64,000 bases of DNA from Phoronis australis (GCA_002633005.1 NMRA01000224.1:185988-249987), one strand, 5' to 3'. Numbered from the stretch's first letter, positions 1-12,149 are shown. Program-made: numbers and translations. Notes: a model not told the origin generated them from the sequence alone.

Positions 1-98
1 GCAGATGTGTCTCACGGACGTTCCTGATTTTGCACCGCATCTAAACAGATGTGTGCTTACGACGATTTTAGGCCTGGGAAAAAGAACTGGAGAAAACA

Positions 99-497
99 TC
101 ATACACCCAGAGTACCAAACAGAAGCCTGATTAACGAATACGTCATCAAACAGGTTATATAAAACTGATCAACAACTGATCCGCATTTCTTTGTTTCCTG
201 CCTGCCGAACGCAAACACACTGTGCACAGCATCTGACTTTAGCCTCAGTTTCTTTTTCTGCCCTGGCATGAGTTGTTTGGTAAGCTGGCATTCGTCAGTG
301 AAATCACTGTCAACAAAATGCCGGCCACAGACAAGATAATTCACGTCCTCATACTTGGTATTAACGACATATTTTTCATTCTTCACTGCCTCGAGCCACT
401 TCCAAAGCCTTATGGGCTCTCGAGGAAATCGAAAAAGCGATATAACCGCTTTTCTCACGGCTTCATAGTTCGCGTAAGCGGGATCGATACACCACAC
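99..497 (-). pseudogene. Degenerate THAP zinc-finger ORF, probably a DNA-transposon remnant
   Basis: THAP hallmarks LFRFP, W..AV, VCGRHF..SDF, LRLKSDAV.S.F. The second Cys is apparently Tyr (WCIDPAYAN), the AVP box reads AVH, and there is no in-frame ATG. A ttaa-AGG terminus-like sequence at ~644-650 would fit a Kolobok-type end (inference). Confidence 0.7.
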
Positions 498-661
498 CGT
501 AGCTGCATGAACTTTGCAGAAGAACCACTGACGTCGCTGCGTCGTTTCTCACCTTCCTCACTGGTTAACGCGACACCACTCGGCGAAGTAAGATCGACCG
601 TATACGAGGTGATGTGGATATAGACCGATTAAGACGGCACTCTCCTTTAAACATACCCAAC

Positions 662-785
662 CTTATTCAAGCTTGGACAATATTATTCAGCCTTAGACAA
701 TATTACTCGAGCTTGGACAATATTATTCAACCTTGGACAATCTTACTCGAGCTTGGACAATATCATCCCACCATTTTGGACATTC
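662..785. repeat. 20-bp minisatellite (tattaytcragcttggacaa), ~6 degenerate copies
   Basis: Direct inspection of periodicity. Confidence 0.8.
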
Positions 786-967
786 CATATTTAAAATGCC
801 ACAATTAGAATATTCCTTGTTAGCAATGCGACAATACTTTTTGGTGTTCTTCATGACCGGTGCGCTAACAGGTCAGAGATATGTTTATTTTAATCACCAA
901 TTGATTTAAGAAAATAACTTTTCCTTGGTGACTAAGAATAGCTAGCTTGAATTATGATACTCACTAG

Positions 968-1035
968 AAAGCACATTCAATCTTGCACATCAATGTTTAC
1001 TGAAAGCACATTCAATCTTGCACATCAATGTTTAC
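968..1035. repeat. 35-bp-period tandem duplication
   Basis: aaagcacattcaatcttgcacatcaatgtttac occurs twice. Confidence 0.85.
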
Positions 1036-1782
1036 CCAAAGCAATTCATCGTGGAAAAGGTGACTGGCCCAACATACTTTTCATTAAAGATTTCCGACAA
1101 GTCTGATTCACGTTACTCATCTGCACTCGTTCAAGCTGACCGAGCAATGGTTAGTCAGGGAACAAGTAAAATTCAAGATTGGAAAAAAATAACAAATACT
1201 GTTGAATAAGTTTGGTAAAATTAAGTTGAGCAGTACAAAGTTATAAGATGTGTACGCGTGTGTGGTGTGGCCTATTAGGTCACAGTAGATGGGTTTTAAG
1301 AGAGCAAGGCCTTACTTGTATGGTTTAAGTAAACCAAGGCCAAGAAAGAACACTAAGTGTGAAAATATGTGGGGTTAAACCACTATTTGCATTACTACTG
1401 CAGTAAATGAGATGGAAAAATTGCTTGATGCTACTGGTGTGGTATGCAGTTATGTTTTAAATAAGGTTTATTTGTAGATTTGTCGATTTGTTGAACTTAA
1501 TGTTTTGTTAAACATGCTCAGCTAACTGTCACAGTACGTGGCAAAAGTAATAGATACACATAGCAACTCATGATTCACTGCCTTGATGGCCGAGTTCAAA
1601 GGAAATTAATGTGTAACTGTCTCGACAAGTCATTGATCGTCATGTTGGGCTGTTACAAGCTGCAAATTATTAAAATAAAATTAACATCGATTGTGGGAAA
1701 ACTACGTTATGTTGGTGTGTAATGGGTTGTGTACTCAGCTGTTTCGTATTGATCAATTATTTGTGAGGACATCTGTTGACAG

Positions 1783-1851
1783 GATCTGGAGAATCAAATG
1801 AATATGGCCGAGAAGCTTCGCATCACCCTGTTGAAGGACTTCTTCGTGTAG
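1783..1851 (+). CDS. Possible last coding exon of a convergent plus-strand gene (DLENQMNMAEKLRITLLKDFFV*)
   Basis: ttgacag|GAT acceptor, a helical/coiled-coil-like 22-aa peptide with coding-like composition, then TAG. The polypyrimidine tract is weak and no upstream exons were identified. Confidence 0.35.
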   Translation, partial: DLENQMNMAEKLRITLLKDFFV

Positions 1852-3054
1852 TTACTACGACATGGTCACATGACACTTGCCATCACCCTATTGGACGACT
1901 TCCATGTAGCGTTTTCTGCGCATCTCGCGATACTCATAAGTTTCACCAAGAAGACTGCTATTGTTTGTAGGTTACATCCACATTGTTGCCATGGTACTAT
2001 ACCACTGCTATTCGTCATGGCGTCCATGATAGAACTGCAGATGTTACCCTTGGTCGCAGTGTTCTTGGTAGTACCATTATTATTCATTCTTCTTAGTCGC
2101 AGTATCCATGTTAGAGTCCCCATTATTCCCTGTGGTCACAGTGTTCACGGTAGAATCATCGCTATCAGTCTTGGTCATGAACTTTACGTGATCTCGTGTA
2201 AACATGTAGCCATAAGTTTATTAGCTGACGTTCATTTGAGCTGACAATGTTAACGGTCGTTATTCGCTGGTCATTACTCGCTGGTCATTACATGTGTTAC
2301 AATATCAGGTGTTAGCAGGGTTGGCCCACTCGATTTTACATCTCACAACCATTTTCCTAATGAGGCCAGTACTGTGTTTCAACCAATGGTTGTCAGAGGA
2401 ATTAAGTATTTGTGAATTTTACATTGTGATGAAGTTTTTTTATATTCATTCACGCTTCGTGAAAATTTCTCATTTGTGTATCTCGGGCCAAAAAAGCATA
2501 GTTGTGATTTTTAGTTTCTCACTTTTTCGATTAAGATTCTCCTAAAACGAGCGAGCATAAATTATGCTGGATTTTCTTACTCATAGCTTGTTAAGTCATG
2601 GCATTCCAAACCTTACATGCCTTTGTGCAGCTTGTCAAATGGAACTAAAGACCCTTGCTTAAATAATGCGGGCGGGAGGTTTATTGGTCAGTGAACGCAA
2701 TATCTTAAAATAAGCTTGGGTACAAAGCAGGACCAACTTAGCTTTTTTGGCCTAATTTGCAGACCTGTGTTAAGTATTGTGAGTATTGGGCGATTTAACT
2801 TCTGAAGGACCTTATAATGGAAGAATTTTAACATTGAGTTTCTTGGAAACGTTACACAATACATGTACTATTAATACTCGGTGCCTTTTCTTCCCGATAT
2901 GTTTAAAATGCTTGTCACATTGCACCTATATCTTAGTACCAACAGGACTTTTCATTTGAAAACAATTTTGGCTTATTAATTTCAGGAGTAATCTGTTCAG
3001 TTTAGTCAAACATTTACAAAACTATAAAAATGACCTTCATCAAGTATTTATTTT

Positions 3055-4117
3055 ATGAGCGAGTTATCCGAGTGTAGAATTTAATCTTGCACTTAGTAAC
3101 AATCTGCCATAGAATGGGACAAATGACCATATCTTTTTAGTATAATGCATGTACAGCTGAGGAGTAGCATGATGAATGTAAAAAATGCTGACCACTGGTT
3201 TTGATTTTATGCAAATTCAAGTCTTCCTATTACAACTCTTCTACCGTTGTTGGTCATTTTCCCCAAGTCACATTTAACTTGGATCTGTCAATCATTGCCG
3301 AGATGCGATTCTCCAAATTAATATTGTCTTCAGAGACAAAGTATGATGGTCCCAGGACCAGCTTGTTGGGGTCACTGCGGTCGAAGTAACTTTATCGAAT
3401 GTTTTGCACTTGTGTCTGGAAATTCTTCAGTGCAATGCACAATAAAATCGAAAATCGTGTTTTGAAAAATCATAGAAGTGTATTGTAACCTTTAACTGAA
3501 TATGAACACACATATTCATAAGAAAACTTTGGCAGTCCAAGTTGACTTTAAATGCCACATCTCGTGTTCATAATGAAACCGAGAAGNATGAGCGAGTTAT
3601 CCGAGTGTAGAATTTAATCTTGCACTTAGTAACAATCTGCCATAGAATGGGACAAATGACCATATCTTTTTAGTATAATGCATTTACAGCTGAGGAGTAG
3701 CATGATGAATGTAAAAAATGCTGACCACTGGTTTTGATTTTATGCAAACTCAAGTCTTCCTATTACAACTCTTCTACCGTTGTTGGTCATTTTCCCAAGT
3801 CACATTTAACTTGGATCTGTCAATCATTGCCGAGATGCGATTCTCCAAATTAATATTGTCTTCAGAGACAAAGTATGATGGTCCCAGGACCAGCTTGTTG
3901 GGGTCACTGCGGTCGAAGTAACTTTATCGAATGTTTTGCACTTGTGTCTGGAAATTCTTCAGTGCAATGCACAATAAAATCGAAAATCGTGTTTTGAAAA
4001 ATCATAGAAGTGTATTGTAACCTTTAACTGAATATGAACACACATATTCATAAGAAAACTTTGGCAGTCCAAGTTGACTTTAAATGCCACATCTCGTGTT
4101 CATAATGAAACCGAGAA
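3055..4117. repeat. ~530-bp near-identical tandem duplication joined by a single N (likely allelic overlap at a scaffold gap)
   Basis: 3055-3587 and 3589-~4117 differ at only a few positions that I could see. The n at 3588 sits exactly at the junction. Confidence 0.9.
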
Positions 4118-4609
4118 GAACCAGAGCTAGTTCATTCCCAACACAGTCCCTCTTGTTATATACCTGACTACAAACTCTACAACACCTACACAGGTTATTA
4201 CAGGTCCACTAACTGTCATAGTCTGCACAATAGACCATCTCAATGACCCTTAATCTTGTTTCAAACCACCTACAACAGGCCTTGCTTTCGTAACACTGAC
4301 TGACAAATGGATATATTACGTAAACAAAACATAGACCTCTTACACAGAATAAGTGGTTATCTCTCTTCATCGCCCGTCATGGCACCATAACTACTTCAGA
4401 ACCTAATAGTTGCATTGATGCGTGAGCTCATTCTTTGATGATTCACTTATCATTCAAATCTTGTTCATAAATCGTTCAAATCTTGATTAATTGTAGTTCC
4501 CTGGTGAACTACAGTAACATAGACTCGTGAAATTAGTCGATTTTGACGACATCGTTTAATTCCGGGAGACAACAGTAGTGACTGGAGCACCCCCTGATGA
4601 CTAAATAAC

Positions 4610-4698
4610 ATGGTATCTGTCCCTAAGATTACCTCAACATGGGATCTGTCCCTTGGATTGACCTCAACATGGGATCTGTCCCTTGGATTGACCTCAAC
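4610..4698. repeat. 30-bp tandem repeat, ~3 copies
   Basis: Unit atgggatctgtcccttggattgacctcaac. Confidence 0.85.
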
Positions 4699-5448
4699 GA
4701 AACGTAACACATGGTATATCAGTCCAGGCTTACTTGGTGAGGGTTATACAACACGAGGTTCTAAAACTAGGGGAAAATGGGGCAAGGAGGAGTCGCAAGG
4801 GGGGGGGGAGATCTGTATACACTTGGCATCAACCAATACTAACATGTATTCAGTATACAAAAGTAAATATATAGATATCTATGTTCTTGTTACTTCTCTA
4901 CTATTCCACAATATTCTTAACATACTTAATACCTTTGATAGTGACACAGATAACTTGGTAAGAAGCTACAACATGCCCAACAATTCCACCGTCATATACA
5001 CTTAACAAACTAAGAACACCTAAATCAAATCATGATTAAACTTGCCCAATGTTCAACAAAGATTTGAAACTGCTCTATAAATGAGTACCTTGTGAGTATT
5101 ATGAATCTACACTAATGGTTATGCTCTAGTCAATATATAATTGTGATATTTTTTAATACAATTAAAATTTGTTCATTACCATCTTTTTTTACTGGCAAGA
5201 CAGTCTGAAACATGATCAAATTGTTTAAAATGGAAGCTCCAGAGTGAAGATTTGACCTCTGCCCTTTACACTTTGACCTAGTACAACATGGCACCAAATA
5301 CAGGAATCAGCAGAAATATGGCAGCAATAAATAAAATGATTTACAAGACAGCAACATTGATCAAACAAAGATAAAGCCAGGTGATCACTATAAAAGACCC
5401 AGAAACACAAACAACGTTGAGTATTAGCAAAGAGTGTAGTGTTAAGTT

Positions 5449-6653
5449 TTAGGGGGGTACGTATGGGGGGGGACTCGGTTGATACGAAGGCTCTGTGCGT
5501 GGACGGGGAAGAGTAGAATCTTCACTATTCACGGGGGGGTCGGGAGGATGATACGCTGGCACCAGCGTCTCGTTTTCCATTTCTAACTCGTCCTCGGGAG
5601 GGTCGTCTTCTATAGGTTCTTTGTGGTCTGACGGTGGCGTCGACGGCGTGTTAGATCCCTCGCGGTGATAGGCAGGCGGTTCCTGCGCGGGTTGCTCATT
5701 GTCCATAATAAGTGGTCTGGCCGGAGACTCCGCTTTGTCGTCTAGTTCGTCCGCAAATATAATTGGGATCCCTTTGTTAACAAACGTGCGTTGTTCTTCC
5801 GTCTTCATTTTGCCTTGTCGTCGTTTCCGGTACAACACGCATGCGATAATGCCAGCCAGAAGAAGCAAAGCTACAATGATGACTGCTGGTAAAACTTTAA
5901 CAACAAGGTCATCGTCATCACCTTTAGACTCCCCTCCTTTCCCAGGCTTAGCTGTGGTCGGCTCAGGCTCAGGTTCTGTTCTTGGTATCGGAACAGATGA
6001 AACAGGCTCGAATTCCCCTTGGCAAGAACCTTTGGGTTCCAGTGCCAAGGACGACAATTCAAATGGGTGCATCATTTCCTTCGCTTCAGGTGTAAATGTG
6101 CCATTGGGATACATCAGCTTCTTCAAGAGACCTTCCACGCCTTCGGAGTTGCAGCTATCGCCACCTAGTGATGTGTCGGTCCACGAGAGAATAACGGAGC
6201 CACGCTTGAGACCAGTGATCTGCAAGTTATTACCATTTTTGTTACCTAACAAATTGCCCAACTTCCTAAGAAAATCGAGCTGCATGTGGACGTCATTGAC
6301 AAACGTATCGTAGTCAATATTTAAGGTCATGGTGAACTCATGACTGATGGCCTCTTGCTCACCAGGACGAGGAGCTAATACCATGATGTCCAGTGCTGTC
6401 CTCACTAACGCTTCGCTAGAATCCATTGCTGACACCTTCAGTTGATACAGACCGATATCTTTCTCCATCGGAAGACCAATTAACTCTTGCTTCTTCGCAT
6501 TGTATTTTAGCCAAAAGTTCCTTGGTAGTGTTGTACCTTCCAGAGTTGTGACGAGAACGGCAAGTTTGCGAGTGTTGCCATCCTCGGCATCGATGAAAGT
6601 GTCTTTCGGAATTCTGAATCGGAACACGTTCCCGACAGTGGCAGGTATTTGAC
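5449..6653 (-). CDS. DAG1: Dystroglycan terminal exon B: paralogous cadherin-like domain 2, SEA module, TM helix, ~126-aa cytoplasmic tail
   Basis: Phase-1 acceptor tatatttattttcgtag|GT CAA ATA. Motifs FIDAEDG, RGSVILSWT, Cys pair, TM VLPAVIIVALLLLAGIIACVLY, RKRRQGK, KGIPIIFADELDD, PPAY, PPPYVPP*. Confidence 0.93.
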
Positions 6654-9033
6654 CTACGAAAATAAATATAACACATCACCACGTATTATCATTTTTAAAA
6701 TCAATAATGGTCGGGAAAAAAACAAGGGCCTGACATGGGCTTGAAAGTTCCGACAACTGCAAGCTCTCAACTCCAGTTCAAGTATTTCTCATACTTACTT
6801 TTGACGCAACGTAGTTTTAGCAGACACACAAATGATTCTAGGTCAAGATATAAAATTTTATTCGAGATGGGCCTCACTCTTACCAAATTTTCATGAAAAC
6901 TTGGGTTTTCTCCTCAGACATGCTGGTAATAATTAGAAATGGTAGATGTGAACACAACGGTTGAGTGTGACAGCTTGTGTGCAACAAATGTACAAACAAA
7001 ATGTGTAACTAAATTATATATTTATTGTGAAATGTTTCTATGACATAAGACAGTAGGAATATATGAACTTATATAGTAGAACACACAAGAGGTATCGCTT
7101 ACCAGAAACAGCAGCGATACTTCAGCAAATAATACCGACCAGTTAAAAGGTCAAAAGTCACACCTCATTTTCCCAAGTATCAGAACATTCCACTAAAGTG
7201 GAATTGTTCTTCAGTTAGCTCAAGAAATTGTGACAAGAGAAAAACCAGTTACATTCCACTGAAAAGTCAAATTTACCCCATGTTTGTACAAATCAAGTAA
7301 TGTGGACAAAACATGGTAGAGTTGGTTAGCCATGGACTCATATGCTGTAAATGTAATTCTTATGAAAAATTTGTTTTTTCTACACTGTATAAATTTAAAG
7401 TCCATGCTCAGACACCATTAACAACATCAGAGAAACATTTAAAGGCAGGTTTTACAAGATTTAAAAAACTTAGTAGAACGAGTATTTAAATCACAGCAAA
7501 GACAAGACAACATGTCGACCCATAACTAATTCTAAAGCCTACCAGTCCATCAAAACAAACTACACACTTAGACTACTATACTTACATGGCCATAACTTTT
7601 TCAACCATTGCTACGAAACAAGACATCGTGCAAAGAAAAACAATGGCTGTTACATTGATAGATACTGAACTATCAAACATTGATAGATACTGAACTATCA
7701 AACATTGACAGTTTAAGTGAGCTTGGATAGCAGAAATATTGGTACGATAATTGTTACGAATATGTTTATTACAATAAACAATTGGACATAACAGAAGAAA
7801 TGTGCAATCTTTCGACCATATGCAGGAACAAATAATGGGTCCAGGATCTAACTTCTGAACTCAAACTAGACTCGACCAATCACCCTGTACAATTGGAGTA
7901 CAGATTTGCAAGTTTACTCGATGTGTGTCATGCAAATGTATGGTCAGCTTTGGAGTTGAGTTTCGAGAACAGATATTACATTCCATGCTCTGGGTTATGA
8001 CCAAGGAGATGCGAACATCTATTAAAAAGGGGTTCATTTTTACCCTATACAGCAATGATGGAGAGGCTGCACACTCCACAACAACACAAGATTGGCAAAT
8101 AATTCAGAAACAACAAACATAATTCAGAGGCGTGCAGACTGATCTGTATTACAACGCCAGTTCAAGATTTACATAATTCAGTCTACGATCAATGCAGTCA
8201 TCTCAGCTACACACCAAAGAATGTATAAAAGCAGTTGAGATACAAACCCAAACATTTGAGTGCCATAAAATTCAAAGGATATTTTCTAAATCATTGACCA
8301 AGCAGTGTACTATAGCTACATCTCTCACTGAAAGTGGACAATTACATCTGTATATGTCTATAAAACCATGAATTTACAATTAAAATTAAAATTAAAATCT
8401 CATATAATAAAAGTAAAATAATTTAAATCAACTGTACACCACATGGATGATGAACCAAACATTTAGCTCTCAGCATCGCAACAAACCTAACACAACATAA
8501 CCTCTACTTGCAATTTCCATGGCGTTTATCGTTTTCAGTATTACCACGACAATTTCTGAAACTGCTCATTTTCGGAATTGTTCCCATTAATATAGTTCCC
8601 ATTTACTCACCTGGATGAGAGCATATTACTTGATGACAAATCCTAAATTAATTGCTGTGCTTTAATGTTCATCGTTAGTAAGAAATCACCTCTTTTACAA
8701 AAAACATACTGGGTGCATTTTATGCAATTTAAGTTGCTTTCCCTGAAACAACATATAGTGCAGTTAACGTAAATTCCTAGAAACAAAGAGGTTGCTCTTT
8801 TTACCTAAACCACTAGGCAAAAACTAACACCTGACTTACAAAAGCGTTAACGAAGTAGCGACAACTCTCCTCCATTCAAGAAAAACATAGACTCTCATGC
8901 CCATAAAACCAAAACAAGCACGCGATTGAATATCAATAAAGCCGAAAATTTACTGTAACTTGCATAAAAATTGACGCAATATTTTCTCAAGAGCAATTGA
9001 CAAAATATACTGCGTAATATTCAATCCGTGGGC

Positions 9034-9039
9034 TTTATT
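9034..9039 (-). terminator. Candidate polyadenylation signal for the exon-A isoform
   Basis: AATAAA on the minus strand ~510 nt after the exon A stop. Further AATAAA copies at 7765-7770 and 7021-7026, before the exon B acceptor. Confidence 0.35.
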
Positions 9040-9551
9040 TTAATCAAGTTTCCAAGTTTTCTCCACCACTAGGACGAAGCAAGTCATTTTTTTCTTTCAA
9101 CTGCAATGTTCGTCCGATGCTGCTCTCTAGCATCACGTGAAGTAATTATGCTAAATGAAGACGCATATTGTGTAAACGGGTGCGTCGCATTTTACACAAC
9201 CTTGAAAATTTGTAAGAAATAAAACTGAAAAATATACAACCATCGGTTTCATTTCTTGATTATCTTCCTTTCATTTCCATTCAAGAAGCACTGAGGTGTG
9301 TCTCTGTCAAATATACATTGTTCGTTATTCTGCACTGGAGAAATGATTTTAATCCTCTTTTGATGGACACCAAGAAATTGAAATTGGACCCCAAAAATTT
9401 CGGAAGGCAGAACCAGTGGACCCTGAGTTTGGAATTATGGGGCGAACACTGCAATGACTGTACAATTTGAGTCTTTAACACCACTAAGTTCAAGTAGTTA
9501 ATATCATATGGCATAACTAACGGAGCACGTGAACACAATGTAGCTGCCGCA

Positions 9552-10723
9552 TTATGGTGGAACATAAGGCGGAGGACTAGGCTGATAGGAGGGTTCAGTG
9601 CGAGGACGAGACGACCGTGAGCTCTCATCACCCGACGGTGGTCGCGGTGGTTGGTAAAGCCGAGATGACGAGTCCTCCATTGGTTTGTCCTCCGCTGAGC
9701 TGTCAGTGTGGTAGGCGGGTGGTTTCTCAGTCTCCAAGATTAATGGCTTGGTAGCATTCTCCGGCTTCTCATCCATCTCATCAGTGAAGATGACAGGAAT
9801 ACCTTTGTTGATAAACGTATTCTGATCTTCATCAGACATCTTGCCTTTTCGTTTCTTGCGGTATAAAATGAAGGCTATGAGTCCGGCCAGCAACAACATG
9901 GCAGCAATCACCACCGCCGGCACCACGGTCACAACCCACTTGTCCTTTTCGTCGCCAGATTTAGACTCCTCTTCATATCCGGCAGGAGTTGTCATAGCAA
10001 CGGCAGGAGTTATCATAGCAACGGCAGGAGTTGTCATAGCAACGGCGGGAGCCCATGTCACTGGCTTGAAACCCGTCCTATTCTTCATGCAAGCACCTTT
10101 GGGTTGCAACGAGACAGACATGATCTCATAGTCACCCATCTTGTCCAACATATTTGCTGTAAAGGTCTTGTTCACATACATCACCTTTCCAAGCAGATTG
10201 GCTATCGCTCGGACTGGACACTGGTCAGAGGTCAAAGAGGAGTTTGTCCAACTGATAATGACCGACCCTTCTTTTAAACTAGTAATGACCAGTTTACCTG
10301 GATCATCTTCGCCAAACACACTCGCCAGTTTCGTCAAGAATTCCAGCTGCATGTGGACGTCATTCATAAACGTCTCATAGTCGATATTCAGCCTCATGGC
10401 AAACTCAAACGTAGCATCCTTAACTGCGTCACTCTTGCCGGCCTCCTGCACATTGATGTCAAATGGACTCCTCTCTAACTGTGCATCTTTATCGATTGCC
10501 GTCACAAAAAACTGGTACTTCTTCACGTGCCTCTCAAGTGGAAGACCAATAATCTCTTGTCGCTTCTTGTCGTAAGTCAGCCAGAAATTCTTGGGAAGGG
10601 ATGTTCCAGCAATGGTGCTTACAGTTAAAAGTAAGTTACGAGTGTCCCCATCTTCCTGATCGTAGAAAAGGTCTTTCTTGAATTGATAGCGGAACACTTG
10701 GCCGACTGTCGCAGTCAACATAC
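9552..10723 (-). CDS. DAG1: Dystroglycan terminal exon A: cadherin-like domain 2, SEA module, TM helix, ~102-aa cytoplasmic tail
   Basis: Phase-1 acceptor attgtattccag|GT ATG TTG. Motifs FYDQEDG, EGSVIISWTN (G|S cleavage), Cys pair, TM VVTVVPAVVIAAMLLLAGLIAFILY, RKKRKGK, KGIPVIF, PPAY, PPPYVPP*. Confidence 0.93.
9981..10047 (-). repeat. Coding 21-bp tandem repeat (PAVAMTT x3) in the exon A juxtamembrane stalk
   Basis: Plus-strand unit ggcaggagttgtcatagcaac x3; absent from exon B. Confidence 0.9.
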
Positions 10724-11019
10724 CTGGAATACAATGTAGGTGCAGTGAAGACATTTCGCACATTCAGAAAAGAAATGCCAGACAAAGGGACTACGAAATA
10801 AATTAATTACAAAACAAAGGTACAACATCAAAGCAAGTACAACATGCAAATGACTGGTTTCATATTTTCCAAACAATCCAAGTAGCCGTGAGGTGTAGAG
10901 TTCTCCAAGCACTATCAGAGAAGTGTCAGTCAAGATATCTCAAAAAGTCAAAATCGAGCATTAAAACATTAGGGGAATGTCATGATCAAAAGCACAAAAA
11001 TGCCTGGTAGTTCTCATTA

Positions 11020-11182
11020 GCAGTTATAGCAACTGCGGCTGTTGTCATAGCAACAAAGGCCTTGTCATAACAACATGAGCCATTGCCATAGCAATTCGGG
11101 CCGTGGTCATAGCAACATGGGCCTTTCTTGTAGAAATTTGGGACATTGTCGTCATAGCAACTCGGGTCGTTGTCATAGCAAT
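11020..11182. promoter_or_regulatory. Array of ~7 RFX X-box-like motifs at ~21-bp period
   Basis: GTTGTCATAGCAAC at 11041, with variants at 11020, 11061, 11082, 11103, 11148 and 11169. The 14-bp cores are conserved and the spacers are divergent. The 11041 and 11148 copies match RTHNYYWTRRNRAC. Confidence 0.5.
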
Positions 11183-11981
11183 TGCGACCGATCAAGGGTA
11201 GCAGCGGCACAAGAAAGCATGAGCATGCAATGCCTCGAGCAACTCACCTGGCGATAATACATGACGAGGTTGTCAAGTGGTAGCAGACGTCCAACATCCA
11301 GGCTATAGACCGTCAAGACTGAACACGGCTCTATGGGTAACACTGGGTTAGTTTGGTTGGGGTTCATGAGATATCTTTAACAGACACCCTCTGTATGCCT
11401 TACACGCCAGACAAGACCATGTTCAGAAAATGCCTCACAGCGTAACTACCATAAGGTAATACGTAGCAAATACCTGGACATGCTCTAACAGCGTCCTGTT
11501 ATAACAGCCCCAAACAGCGCCGCCTTAAAGTGGTAAAAACACACACATTGGCCATAGTACTTGTCCTGATGAGTCTCCTTGCTAATGTACTGTTGACGAA
11601 AATAGTTTAAGCTTTATTTGCCCAAAACATGCTTTCAGTTCACTACTAGTACCTTCTCACCTAAATTGGCGAAATTTTAAAGCAAACTTTTCTGGCAAAT
11701 GTCAAATGATTTATTTTTGTTTCTGATATCTTTTTAAGTTTATTGCACAACATTGACAAATCCAAACAAGTTTTGATGAAACTCCTCAACTTTTTTGAGA
11801 ACTACGTATAAAACATGGTATCATTGTAGGTTTTTGAGCAATTTTATAATAATTCATTTACTAAGATAATTTTTTTAAATGTTCCTGAAACAAGATATGA
11901 CTGCCGACAATTGAGGTTGTTAAGCAGTGCAAAATGATTATCGTTTCAACAGAAAATTTGCTGTCTAAATACATTACTCAT

Positions 11982-12149
11982 CAGGGGTGGATCCAGGATT
12001 TTGAGTTAGGGGAGACCAGGGCAGAGTATTAGCCAGGATTTTGCCCATCAGACATTCACACCCCACCCCCTGAACTGCCAAATGGAATCTGGGAGAAATT
12101 TAGAGGGGGCCATGGCCCCCTTGCCCCCCTCCCCTTAAATTCGCCACTG
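11982..12149. mobile_element. Non-autonomous TIR element (MITE) with 5-bp TSD
   Basis: Termini caggggtggatc...aaattcgccactg flanked by ctcat on both sides. A second family member lies at 62106-62379. Confidence 0.8.

Noticed and set aside
3055-4117. Biological segmental duplication with twin ORFs (3201, 3718)
   Set aside because: The junction is exactly at an N and the copies differ only by allele-level changes, so it is most likely an assembly overlap. The ORFs have no recognisable features.
5699-6313. 204-aa plus-strand ORF (also 9841-10380 and 17301-17799)
   Set aside because: Antisense shadows of the dystroglycan coding exons.
8604-8615. Consensus donor CAG|GTGAGT in the presumed exon A 3'UTR that could splice to exon B and trigger NMD
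   Set aside because: A single 9-mer with no other support; such matches are expected by chance in 64 kb.
5449-10763. Two independent single-exon dystroglycan-like genes, or an allelic duplication
   Set aside because: Neither ORF has a signal peptide, both begin at phase-matched splice acceptors, and silent sites are far too diverged for alleles.
10986-11367. ORFs CYDN-repeat (10986-11210) and MNPNQT (11173-11367) as coding exons
   Set aside because: The first is a by-product of the 21-bp array, whose AMTT frame is frameshifted. The second ends in phase 0, which is incompatible with the phase-1 acceptor of exon A.
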